Below, one piece after another: positions 28,458 to 35,656 of a stretch of DNA of 64,000 bases. Both the position numbers and the translations under genes were made by a program. Origin of the DNA: an uncultured Ruminococcus sp. (GTDB lineage: Bacteria > Bacillota > Clostridia > Oscillospirales > CAG-272); assembly GCA_964624685.1 (NCBI GenBank), contig CAZUYA010000001.1, positions 7,744 through 71,743 of the forward strand, given 5' to 3'. The notes under the pieces were generated by a model, which was given only the letters and a program-made list of their open reading frames with translations, was not told the origin of the DNA and made no database searches. How positions within the stretch are numbered: position 1 is the first letter of the stretch; the number at the start of each line of letters is the position of its first letter.

Positions 28458-29573
28458 ATGGCTGGCTTATCACTCAGACATATTTATAAAAAATATCCGG
28501 GCGGCGTAACCGCTGTTTCCGATTTTAATTTGGAGATCAAGGATAAAGAATTTTTGGTTTTGGTCGGACCTTCCGGATGCGGTAAATCTACCACACTTCG
28601 TATGATTGCCGGCTTGGAGGAAATTTCCGAGGGCGAGTTGTTTATCGGTGATCGTTTGGTTAATGATGTGGCACCGAAAGATCGTAAGATTGCAATGGTG
28701 TTCCAGAACTATGCTCTGTATCCCCACATGTCCGTATTTGAAAATATGGCATTCGGTTTGAAATTGAGTAAAGTTCCGAAGGAAGTCATTAAAAAGAAGG
28801 TAGAGGAAGCTGCGCGTATTTTGGATATTACGCACTTGTTGGATCGGAAGCCGAAGGCATTGTCCGGAGGTCAGAAACAGCGTGTGGCTTTGGGACGTGC
28901 AATCGTTCGTGATCCGCAGGTCTTCTTGCTTGACGAGCCGCTCTCCAACTTGGATGCAAAATTGCGTGCAACCATGAGAACCGAGTTGACCAAGCTTCAT
29001 AATCGTGTGGAGACAACCTTTATTTACGTTACGCACGACCAGGTTGAGGCTATGACGATGGCAACCAGAATCGTTGTTATGAAGGACGGTTTGATTCAAC
29101 AAGTGGCAACTCCGCAGGATTTGTACGATCATCCCGTTAATATTTTTGTCGCCGGATTTATCGGAACGCCTCAAATGAACTTTATGAATGGCGCATTGGT
29201 TAAAAAGGGTGAGGATGTTTACTTCGTCTTTGAAGGAAATGAATTGAAGGTCCCGGCTGAAAAGGCAAATTCCGAGGAATTAAAGCCTTATATCGGACAG
29301 GAAGTTGTTGCGGGACTTCGTCCGGAATGTATCTATGATGATGCAGCCAATGTTGAAAGATGTTCGGACGCAGCCCTGAATGCCGATGTGGATGTAACGG
29401 AGTTGATGGGTGCCGAGATTTATCTGTACCTGAAAGTCGGAGAAGAGGGCAAACTGATTGCTCGTGTTTCCTCCAAATCGACAACTCGTGCCGGCGAAAA
29501 TATCAAGATTGGGTTTGATATGGAAAGAATGCACTTCTTTGATAAGGATACCGAAGTTTGCATTATTCATTGA
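28458..29573 (+). CDS. Sugar ABC transporter ATP-binding protein (MsmK/UgpC/MalK type), with no cognate permease nearby
   Basis: Walker A GPSGCGKST, signature LSGGQKQR and Walker B FLLDEPLS. The C-terminal regulatory/TOBE-like domain is present. Confidence 0.92.
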   Translation: MAGLSLRHIYKKYPGGVTAVSDFNLEIKDKEFLVLVGPSGCGKSTTLRMIAGLEEISEGELFIGDRLVNDVAPKDRKIAMVFQNYALYPHMSVFENMAFGLKLSKVPKEVIKKKVEEAARILDITHLLDRKPKALSGGQKQRVALGRAIVRDPQVFLLDEPLSNLDAKLRATMRTELTKLHNRVETTFIYVTHDQVEAMTMATRIVVMKDGLIQQVATPQDLYDHPVNIFVAGFIGTPQMNFMNGALVKKGEDVYFVFEGNELKVPAEKANSEELKPYIGQEVVAGLRPECIYDDAANVERCSDAALNADVDVTELMGAEIYLYLKVGEEGKLIARVSSKSTTRAGENIKIGFDMERMHFFDKDTEVCIIH

Positions 29574-29611
29574 TGTGAATCTTTTTAATATCTATTATTC
29601 AATATATAAAA

Positions 29612-29645
29612 CCGCCTCATCGGTTGAAACCGATGAGGCGGTTAT
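29612..29645 (+). terminator. Terminator after the ABC ATPase gene
   Basis: A 13-bp stem pairs ccgcctcatcggt with accgatgaggcgg, loop tgaa. The T-tract is weak (ttattgtat). Confidence 0.65.
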
Positions 29646-29661
29646 TGTATCTGTTTGCATA

Positions 29662-29707
29662 TTTCAAAAAGGGAAGGGGCGAGCAAATGGAAACATTGGC
29701 TCGCCCC
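29662..29707 (-). terminator. Rho-independent terminator of the barnase-barstar operon
   Basis: A 9-bp GC-rich stem pairs ggggcgagc (29676-29684) with gctcgcccc (29699-29707). On the minus strand it is followed by ttcccttttt. Confidence 0.7.
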
Positions 29708-29710
29708 AAA

Positions 29711-29765
29711 CTTTTGGCGGAGTATCACAGAACGGTGTTGAACACTTTTCCGATATTTATCCAAA
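29711..29765. repeat. Direct repeat copy 1 (about 55 nt) flanking the barnase-barstar cassette
   Basis: cttttggcggagtatcacagaacggtgttgaacacttttccgatatttatccaaa aligns with 30522-30575 at about 46 of 55 positions, including a 16-nt identical core gaacggtgttgaacac. Confidence 0.85.
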
Positions 29766-29777
29766 CTTATTTCAAAC

Positions 29778-30107
29778 TCAATCAATCTCGTAGCGGGCTT
29801 TACCATAGACAATTTCAACCTTGATCGTATTGTAATACGACTCGTTATCATAATGCTTCAATCTCTTTAATATTTCAAGCATTTTATTCGACACATGAGA
29901 AAATTTTTGTTGTAATTCTTCCAAACCGATCAGCTCAATATATAAGACTTCTTCATCTACCATCTCTGTAAGGCAATCCCAAAAGGCAGACCAATTTTCT
30001 CCGTAATAATCGGGAAAATCAAGTTCTTTTCTAATGATTTGATGAACATCTCCGTATTGTTGAACATTTGAAAAATCGAGTGTATATTTTTCTTTATATG
30101 CATACAT
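29778..30107 (-). CDS. Barstar family ribonuclease inhibitor
   Basis: DFPDYYGENWSAFWDCLTE aligns with B. amyloliquefaciens barstar ALPEYYGENLDALWDCLTG, and the Asp39 equivalent is retained. ATG 30107 lies 5 nt after the barnase stop. Confidence 0.88.
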   Translation of the reverse strand: MYAYKEKYTLDFSNVQQYGDVHQIIRKELDFPDYYGENWSAFWDCLTEMVDEEVLYIELIGLEELQQKFSHVSNKMLEILKRLKHYDNESYYNTIKVEIVYGKARYEID

Positions 30108-30112
30108 TGACC

Positions 30113-30409
30113 TTAATTTCTCCTCTCTGATATCTCGTAAAAGGTTTCGTAGTGATCTTTGGTTACAAAAATCAATCCATCGTTTGAGTAAAGTATTCGA
30201 TCGCATTTGCTACGAAAACCGGAAACATAGCTAATATCCGCCTCATACCATTTCCTTCCGGGGGTACCGGGAAGTTTCCCATCATCATTTTGGTAAATAT
30301 CTCCTCCAATCATATTTTCAGGTGCTATTTCCGCAAGATTTCCTTTTTTGGTTCTCCATCCTAAAGCTTTTGCTTGACTTTTTGTAATATAGTAATACGT
30401 TTGTTTCAA
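30113..30409 (-). CDS. Barnase-like guanyl-specific ribonuclease (N1/T1/microbial RNase family), with no signal peptide
   Basis: 98 aa. YITKSQAKALGW...KGNLAEIAP...IGGDIY...GKLPG...WYEADISYVSGFRSKCDRILYSNDGLIFVTKDHYETF aligns along its whole length with barnase residues about 23-110. TTG start with an AAGGTGG RBS 6 nt upstream. Confidence 0.88.
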   Translation of the reverse strand: MKQTYYYITKSQAKALGWRTKKGNLAEIAPENMIGGDIYQNDDGKLPGTPGRKWYEADISYVSGFRSKCDRILYSNDGLIFVTKDHYETFYEISERRN

Positions 30410-30477
30410 ACAGTGCCACCTTATGCCAATGCGTGCCGCTTTTTTGAAAAAACAGAAAAATTTGTAAATTTACCGAA

Positions 30478-30517
30478 AGGCAAAAAAGGTTGAGTCATGT
30501 GAAACACAAACTCAACC
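30478..30517 (-). terminator. Terminator-like hairpin adjacent to repeat copy 2
   Basis: An 8-bp stem pairs ggttgagt (30488-30495) with actcaacc (30510-30517). On the minus strand it is followed by a T6 run. Confidence 0.55.
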
Positions 30518-30521
30518 CAAC

Positions 30522-30575
30522 CTTTTGGAGGAGGTTCACGAACGGTGTTGAACACCTTTCCGACAAATACCCAAA
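30522..30575. repeat. Direct repeat copy 2
   Basis: cttttggaggaggttcacgaacggtgttgaacacctttccgacaaatacccaaa; see copy 1. Confidence 0.85.
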
Positions 30576-30590
30576 ATCAACCCAAATTTT

Positions 30591-30625
30591 AGTGAAGAGT
30601 GAAAAGTGAATAGTGAAAAAGTAAA
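30591..30625. repeat. Tandem heptamer array (AGTGAAN x4 plus one degenerate unit)
   Basis: The units are agtgaag agtgaaa agtgaat agtgaaa aagtaaa. The array partly overlaps the T-run of the tRNA-Ser terminator. Confidence 0.8.
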
Positions 30626-30656
30626 GGGATTAAGTTGCATTCGACTTAATCCCTTT
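30612..30656 (-). terminator. Terminator of tRNA-Ser
   Basis: A 13-bp stem pairs aaagggattaagt (30623-30635) with acttaatcccttt (30644-30656) and abuts the CCA end. A T-run follows on the minus strand. Confidence 0.75.
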
Positions 30657-30747
30657 TGGCGGAGAAGGTGGGATTTGAACCCACGCAACGCGTTAACGTC
30701 CTACGAGATTTCGAGTCACGCCTCTTCGACCACTTGAGTACTTCTCC
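30657..30747 (-). tRNA. tRNA-Ser (anticodon CGA)
   Basis: A 91-nt class II tRNA. The acceptor stem GGAGAAG/CTTCTCC is perfect. The discriminator is G, CCA is encoded, the anticodon loop is CTCGAAA, there is a long variable arm, and the T-loop is TTCAAAT. There is one U:U mismatch at positions 29:41. Confidence 0.85.
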
Positions 30748-30766
30748 GTATATTTTGAACGTTGCT

Positions 30767-30795
30767 ATTATACCATATTTTATTTGAAAATGCAA
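30767..30795 (-). promoter_or_regulatory. Sigma-A promoter of tRNA-Ser
   Basis: On the minus strand: TTGCAT (30795-30790), a 17-nt spacer, then TGgTATAAT (-10 at 30772-30767). This is about 20 nt upstream of the mature 5' end. Confidence 0.65.
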
Positions 30796-30906
30796 GCTTT
30801 TTTTGAAAATTCATCAATTTTATTTTTGTGTGTGAAAATTCGGTGTTTTTTCTGTAGAATAAAATCGATTTATTCATGAAACGTTCATACATTGCGTTGG
30901 ATTTTG

Positions 30907-30915
30907 TGTTATAAT
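30907..30915 (+). promoter_or_regulatory. Extended -10 element upstream of the rhaB-like gene
   Basis: TGtTATAAT at 30907-30915. No well-spaced -35 element. Confidence 0.45.
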
Positions 30916-30998
30916 GGAAGAGAACAAAGCAATGGCGATGTTGTGGGATCACGTGTTGCCATTCTATCCAGAAAGGACGCTTTCGCCGAACGAAAGCG

Positions 30999-32483
30999 AT
31001 GGTCGTGATTATGACAGAGAAAAAAATGCTTGCGATCGATTTGGGTGCTTCAAGCGGTCGCGGAATTGTCGGCTCTTATGATGGCGAGAAGCTTTCTCTC
31101 AAGGAGAATCATCGTTTTTCCAATGATCCCGTGATTGTAAACGGTAGAATGTATTGGGATATTTTACGTATTTTTCATGAGATCAAACAATCCATTACCA
31201 AGACTGTACTGGAGAAAGATGAGATTGATTCGATCGGTATCGACACGTGGGGAGTAGATTATGCATTGTTGGATCAAAACGGCAGAATGCTCTCAAACCC
31301 CGTTCATTATCGGGATACCCGAACAGATGGGATTGTGTCGTATGTCGATCGCTTTTTTACGCAAGACGAGCTTTATAAGGTAGCCGGAATTCAGTGTATG
31401 AATTTCAATACCATTTTCCAACTTGCCGCCGATCTTCGGGATGACGGAGAGATGGTCGAACGCGCAGAACGGATGCTCAACATTCCCGATTTGCTGAATT
31501 ATTTTCTGACCGGAAATATGGCAAATGAATATACCATTCTCTCAACCGGTGCATTGTTGGATGCCAACAAACGGGATTATGCGTTTGAAATGATCGATCG
31601 GATTGGTATTCCTCGTCGGTTGTTCGGTCAAATCGTTCAACCCGGAAATTGCGTCGGATCTCTTCTGCCGCAAATTTTGGAGGAGACCGGAAAGACGGAT
31701 GCAAAAGTGCTGAATGTTGCCTCACATGATACGGCAAGTGCCGTGATCGCTGTTCCGACGCAAGAAGATGATTTCCTCTTCATCAGTAGCGGTACATGGT
31801 CTTTGATGGGGACCGAACTGAAAGCACCGATGCTGACCGAACAAACCGCGGCATATAACTTTACCAATGAAGGCGGTGCCGACGGAACGATTCGGTTCTT
31901 GAAGAATATCATGGGCTTGTGGTTGATTCAGGAGTCCAGACGGCAGTGGAGAAGAGAAGGAAAAGAATACAGTTTTGCCGAATTGGAAAATTTGGCGAGA
32001 GCGTGCGAGCCGTTGCAGTCTTTTATTAACCCAGATGATGCGTCTTTCGCAACCCCCGGAAACCTTCCGGAACGGATTCGAAATTATTGCAAACGTACCG
32101 GACAGCATGTTCCCGAAAGTGTGGGAGAAGTCGTTCGTTGCATTTATGAAAGTTTGGCTTTGAAATATCGCCGTACCGCAGAGGATATTCATGCCTTGAC
32201 CGGCTTAAATGCGCGTGTCATTTACGTGGTCGGCGGAGGTACCAAGGACGGATTCCTTTCGCAAATGACTGCCGATGCAACCGGGATGCCTGTGTCTGCG
32301 GGACCGGAAGAAGCAACTGCCATCGGAAACCTGCTCATGCAACTGATGGCAAGCGGAGAAGCAAAAGGATTGAAGGAAGCACGCCGCATCGTGGCAAATT
32401 CCTTTGCTTGCAAGTACTATGAGCCGACGACTGAGCGATCGGCATGGGATGCGGCTTATAAAAGATTTTGTGAATTGAACTGA
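30999..32483 (+). CDS. rhaB: Rhamnulokinase-like FGGY carbohydrate kinase
   Basis: The N-terminal AIDLGASSGRGIVG and HRFSNDPV...YWDI are RhaB-like, and the FGGY C-terminal VVGGGTKDGFLSQMTADATG is present. The start may be 30999 or 31011. Confidence 0.82.
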   Translation: MVVIMTEKKMLAIDLGASSGRGIVGSYDGEKLSLKENHRFSNDPVIVNGRMYWDILRIFHEIKQSITKTVLEKDEIDSIGIDTWGVDYALLDQNGRMLSNPVHYRDTRTDGIVSYVDRFFTQDELYKVAGIQCMNFNTIFQLAADLRDDGEMVERAERMLNIPDLLNYFLTGNMANEYTILSTGALLDANKRDYAFEMIDRIGIPRRLFGQIVQPGNCVGSLLPQILEETGKTDAKVLNVASHDTASAVIAVPTQEDDFLFISSGTWSLMGTELKAPMLTEQTAAYNFTNEGGADGTIRFLKNIMGLWLIQESRRQWRREGKEYSFAELENLARACEPLQSFINPDDASFATPGNLPERIRNYCKRTGQHVPESVGEVVRCIYESLALKYRRTAEDIHALTGLNARVIYVVGGGTKDGFLSQMTADATGMPVSAGPEEATAIGNLLMQLMASGEAKGLKEARRIVANSFACKYYEPTTERSAWDAAYKRFCELN

Positions 32484-32566
32484 CGAAAAATGACCTGTCG
32501 GCACAAGAAGTTGCATCTTCTTGTGAATTGGGGAATCAACGTAAAAATAAAAAACGGAGGCTTATT

Positions 32567-33715
32567 ATGAAGGACAATCAATTCGGAGAACTTGCCGTCA
32601 TCGGCATGAACGGGTGTGGCGCATTTGCGGATCAGGTGGATTATTATCTGAAAGACTGGCGTCGGCATGGAGATAATGATCGTAGCTTTTTGGTAGAAGC
32701 CGATTGCCCAAGATTCGGTTCCGGCGAAGCAAAAGGAATGATCCATGAATCTATGCGCGGCAAGGATGTTTACATCATTTGCGATACCTTTAATTACGGT
32801 GTGACTTACAAAATGTATGGAATGACCGTTCCGATGAGTCCGGACGATCACTATGCCGATCTGAAGCGTATCATCGCTGCGATCGAGGGAAAAGCAAGAC
32901 GGCTGACCGTCATTATGCCGATGCTTTACGAAGGCAGACAGCACAAGCGTTCCGGACGCGAGTCGTTGGATTGTGCGATGATGTTGCAGGAGTTGGTTTC
33001 CATGGGGGTTTCCAATATTTTGACATTTGACGCACACGATTCCCGCATTTCCAATGCAATTCCGTTGTCCGGTTTTGACAATGTGCGTCCTGCTTACCAA
33101 ATGATCAAGGCTTTGATTCGTGCGGTGCCGGATGTGCAGATCGATAAGGATCATATGGTAATCATTTCACCGGATGAAGGTGCGATGTCGCGTTGCATGT
33201 ACTACAGTTCCGTATTGGGACTGGATATCGGTATGTTCTACAAGAGAAGAAATTATTCCGTCGTTATCAACGGAAGAAATCCGATCGAGGCGCATGAATA
33301 TTTAGGTCAGGATCTGCATGGGAAAGATGTAATTGTTGTGGATGATATGATTGCCTCCGGAGAATCCATGTTGGATGTGTGCAAGCAATTGAAAGAAAAG
33401 GGTGCCAATCGTGTGTTCTGTTTCGGTACATTCGGATTGTTCACCGAAGGGCTTGAGAAATTCGATCAAAGCTTTAAGGAAGGTGTGTTTGATCGGGTAT
33501 TTACGACCAATTTGGTTTATCGCCGTCCGGATTTGGCTGAAAAGCCATGGTATGTGGAAGTCAATATGTGCAAGTATGTTGCCTATTTGATTGATACGCT
33601 CAATAATGACGCTACCATCAGTACGCTTCTCAATCCGGTCAAACGGATTCAAACATTGATGGAAAAACATCGCAAAGAGTTGGCGGCACAATTGAAGATC
33701 GAGTTTGATGAATGA
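32567..33715 (+). CDS. prs: Ribose-phosphate pyrophosphokinase (long form)
   Basis: PRPP-binding loop VIVVDDMIASGESM, and also YEGRQHKRSGRES. ACGGAGG RBS before ATG 32567. Confidence 0.88.
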   Translation: MKDNQFGELAVIGMNGCGAFADQVDYYLKDWRRHGDNDRSFLVEADCPRFGSGEAKGMIHESMRGKDVYIICDTFNYGVTYKMYGMTVPMSPDDHYADLKRIIAAIEGKARRLTVIMPMLYEGRQHKRSGRESLDCAMMLQELVSMGVSNILTFDAHDSRISNAIPLSGFDNVRPAYQMIKALIRAVPDVQIDKDHMVIISPDEGAMSRCMYYSSVLGLDIGMFYKRRNYSVVINGRNPIEAHEYLGQDLHGKDVIVVDDMIASGESMLDVCKQLKEKGANRVFCFGTFGLFTEGLEKFDQSFKEGVFDRVFTTNLVYRRPDLAEKPWYVEVNMCKYVAYLIDTLNNDATISTLLNPVKRIQTLMEKHRKELAAQLKIEFDE

Positions 33716-33747
33716 TTTTGAAAAAATATTAACAAATCCATCAAAGG

Positions 33748-33791
33748 TTGCATGGAGCATTGTCAAGGATGATGCTTCATGCAATCTTTTT
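33748..33791 (+). terminator. Rho-independent terminator after prs
   Basis: A 13-bp stem pairs ttgcatggagcat with atgcttcatgcaa (one G:U pair), followed by tcttttt. Confidence 0.75.
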
Positions 33792-33863
33792 GATTTCTTT
33801 TTGAAAATTTAGCACTTGAATCAGATGTTTACAAAAAATTCATAACTTTATTGTGAAAAAGAC

Positions 33864-33892
33864 TTGACAAAAGGCAAAAAAAGTGGTAAATT
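33864..33892 (+). promoter_or_regulatory. Sigma-A promoter of the hrcA operon
   Basis: TTGACA (33864-33869), a 17-nt spacer, then TGgTAAATT (-10 at 33887-33892). Confidence 0.7.
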
Positions 33893-33903
33893 TATATCAT
33901 GAT

Positions 33904-33930
33904 TTAGCACTCTTACGTTTCGAGTGCTAA
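33904..33930 (+). promoter_or_regulatory. CIRCE operator (HrcA binding site)
   Basis: TTAGCACTC-N9-GAGTGCTAA, a perfect match to the consensus. It lies between the promoter and hrcA. Confidence 0.95.
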
Positions 33931-33969
33931 AATCAAGCTTTGAAGGAAACAGAAAGGAGCAAATCGGAG

Positions 33970-35049
33970 ATGAGTTCCGACAATCGCGAATTGACAGAGC
34001 GAAAAAAGCAGATATTAAAAGCAATTGTTGACGCGCATATTGAAGGCGGAGAACCGGTCGGCTCCAAGTATATTTTGCAAAATCAACAACTCAATTGTTC
34101 TTCGGCGACCATTCGCAACGAGATGGCGGAATTGGAAGAAATGGGGTATTTGGAGCAACCGCATGCGTCGGCGGGGAGAGTTCCCAGTGAATTGGGATAC
34201 CGATTTTATGTGGATTCCCTCATCGAGCATTATGCGATGACGACACATGAGATCGCACAGATCAATGCCTTGTTGAAAGCCAAAATGGGAGAATTGGATC
34301 AGATTCTCCTGGCAGCCTCCAATTTGGCATCCACAATGACAAATTATACCGGAATTGCCATCAAACCGCGTGTCAATTGTGTCAGCATTGAAAAATTCGA
34401 TACCATCTATTTGGAACCGGATCATTATATTTTGGTTGCGGTAGACTCCGAACGAAATGTCAAAAGCAAACAGATTCGTACCGACGTACCGATCCTAACG
34501 CCGGGAGCATTAAGCAAATTGACGAATGCACTCAATACGTATGTGACCGGTTTGTCAGCCGAACAGATCACGCTTCCGATTATTATGAAATTGGAAGCGG
34601 AAATGGGAAGTGACAACGGATTGATTGCCGATGCCATTAAAATGATTTATGATTTGCTCAATGCACCCGAAAACGGGGAAATGCGGGTGAGCGGAATTGA
34701 TCGTTTGTTGCAATATCCGGAATACAGTGATGTGTCGCAACTTCAGGCATTGTTGGGAACGCTTGAAAAGAAAGAAGATATTCTGAATCTTGTTTCGCAA
34801 AACGAAAATGATGACATCAGTGTTGTAATCGGTTCCGAAAGTCAAGTCAAGGTGATGAATAATTCGGCATTGGTTTTTAAGCCCATCATCAAGGACGGTA
34901 AAACCCTCGGCGCGATCGGCGTTTTGGGACCGCGGCGTATGGATTATGCCAAGGTATTGGCAACTTTGGAAGGATTGAGCGGAAATATTGAAAATATGTT
35001 GCATTCCAATAAACAATTAAACGGAGGAGAACCCAATGGAGGAAAATAA
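33970..35049 (+). CDS. hrcA: Heat-inducible transcription repressor HrcA
   Basis: LTERKKQILKAIVDAHIEGGEPVGSK and SSATIRNEMAELEEMGYLEQPHASAGRVP. AAAGGAG RBS before ATG 33970. Confidence 0.95.
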   Translation: MSSDNRELTERKKQILKAIVDAHIEGGEPVGSKYILQNQQLNCSSATIRNEMAELEEMGYLEQPHASAGRVPSELGYRFYVDSLIEHYAMTTHEIAQINALLKAKMGELDQILLAASNLASTMTNYTGIAIKPRVNCVSIEKFDTIYLEPDHYILVAVDSERNVKSKQIRTDVPILTPGALSKLTNALNTYVTGLSAEQITLPIIMKLEAEMGSDNGLIADAIKMIYDLLNAPENGEMRVSGIDRLLQYPEYSDVSQLQALLGTLEKKEDILNLVSQNENDDISVVIGSESQVKVMNNSALVFKPIIKDGKTLGAIGVLGPRRMDYAKVLATLEGLSGNIENMLHSNKQLNGGEPNGGK

Positions 35050-35596
35050 GAATACCGCCACAGAGGAATTGGAGACGGAAGCGGTACAGCAGGAACTCTC
35101 CAAAGCGGACGGAAAAACGGAAAAAAAGAAACAAAAAAAGCAGGAATCCGAAATTGCCGCATTACAAAAACAATTGGAAGAGAAAACGGCAGAATGTGAA
35201 GCTGCCAATGATAAATATGTACGCATGATGGCAGAATACGATAATTTCCGTAAGCGCAGTGCCAAAGAAAAAGAAGGCGTTTACGCGGATGCTTACAGCG
35301 ATTGTATTGCAACCCTGCTTCCGATCCTGGACAATCTCGAACGTGCCGGAAAATCGGATAACTTTGAGGCGGTTACAAAAGGATTGGAGTTAACGGTTAA
35401 AGCATTTGATGATGCGCTGCAAAAAATGGGTGTGACGGAAATTGAGACAACGGTATTTGATCCCAATCAACACAATGCCGTGATGCATGTGGAAGATGAA
35501 CAGTATGGCGAATCCGAGATTGTTGAGGTGTTCCAAAAAGGATACCGCAAGGGTGATAAAGTGATTCGTTATGCGATGGTCAAGGTTGCAAATTGA
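35036..35596 (+). CDS. grpE: Nucleotide exchange factor GrpE
   Basis: RMMAEYDNFRKR and LLPILDNLERA motifs, with the C-terminal FDPNQHNAVMHVE. Confidence 0.95.
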   Translation: MEENKNTATEELETEAVQQELSKADGKTEKKKQKKQESEIAALQKQLEEKTAECEAANDKYVRMMAEYDNFRKRSAKEKEGVYADAYSDCIATLLPILDNLERAGKSDNFEAVTKGLELTVKAFDDALQKMGVTEIETTVFDPNQHNAVMHVEDEQYGESEIVEVFQKGYRKGDKVIRYAMVKVAN

Positions 35597-35656
35597 GCTT
35601 GACCGCGATGCTTTGTTTTGAATTTTGATTTTTATAATATTGGAGGAACTTTTATT

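Noticed and set aside
29711-30575. The idea that the 55-nt repeats are tRNA pseudogene 3' halves or remnants of a coding sequence. One frame reads GKVFNTV in both copies.
   Set aside because: The region upstream of the CTCCGCCA-like end cannot be folded into a T-arm; the only stem is GGTG/CACC with a 5-nt loop. The shared reading frame is closed by stops within about 15 codons in both copies. I kept only the observation of the shared 12-mer.
30591-30625. Heptamer array as a possible CRISPR or minisatellite
   Set aside because: The units are only 7 nt with no spacers, and no cas genes are present. It is reported as a simple tandem repeat only.
30716-30952. 78-aa minus-strand ORF
   Set aside because: It overlaps the tRNA-Ser gene and its promoter. 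It is AT-rich intergenic sequence with no RBS.
33809-33816. Second TTAGCACT half-site about 95 nt upstream of the CIRCE element
   Set aside because: There is no inverted partner at the required 9-nt spacing, and it lies upstream of the -35 element. It is most likely a chance 8-mer.
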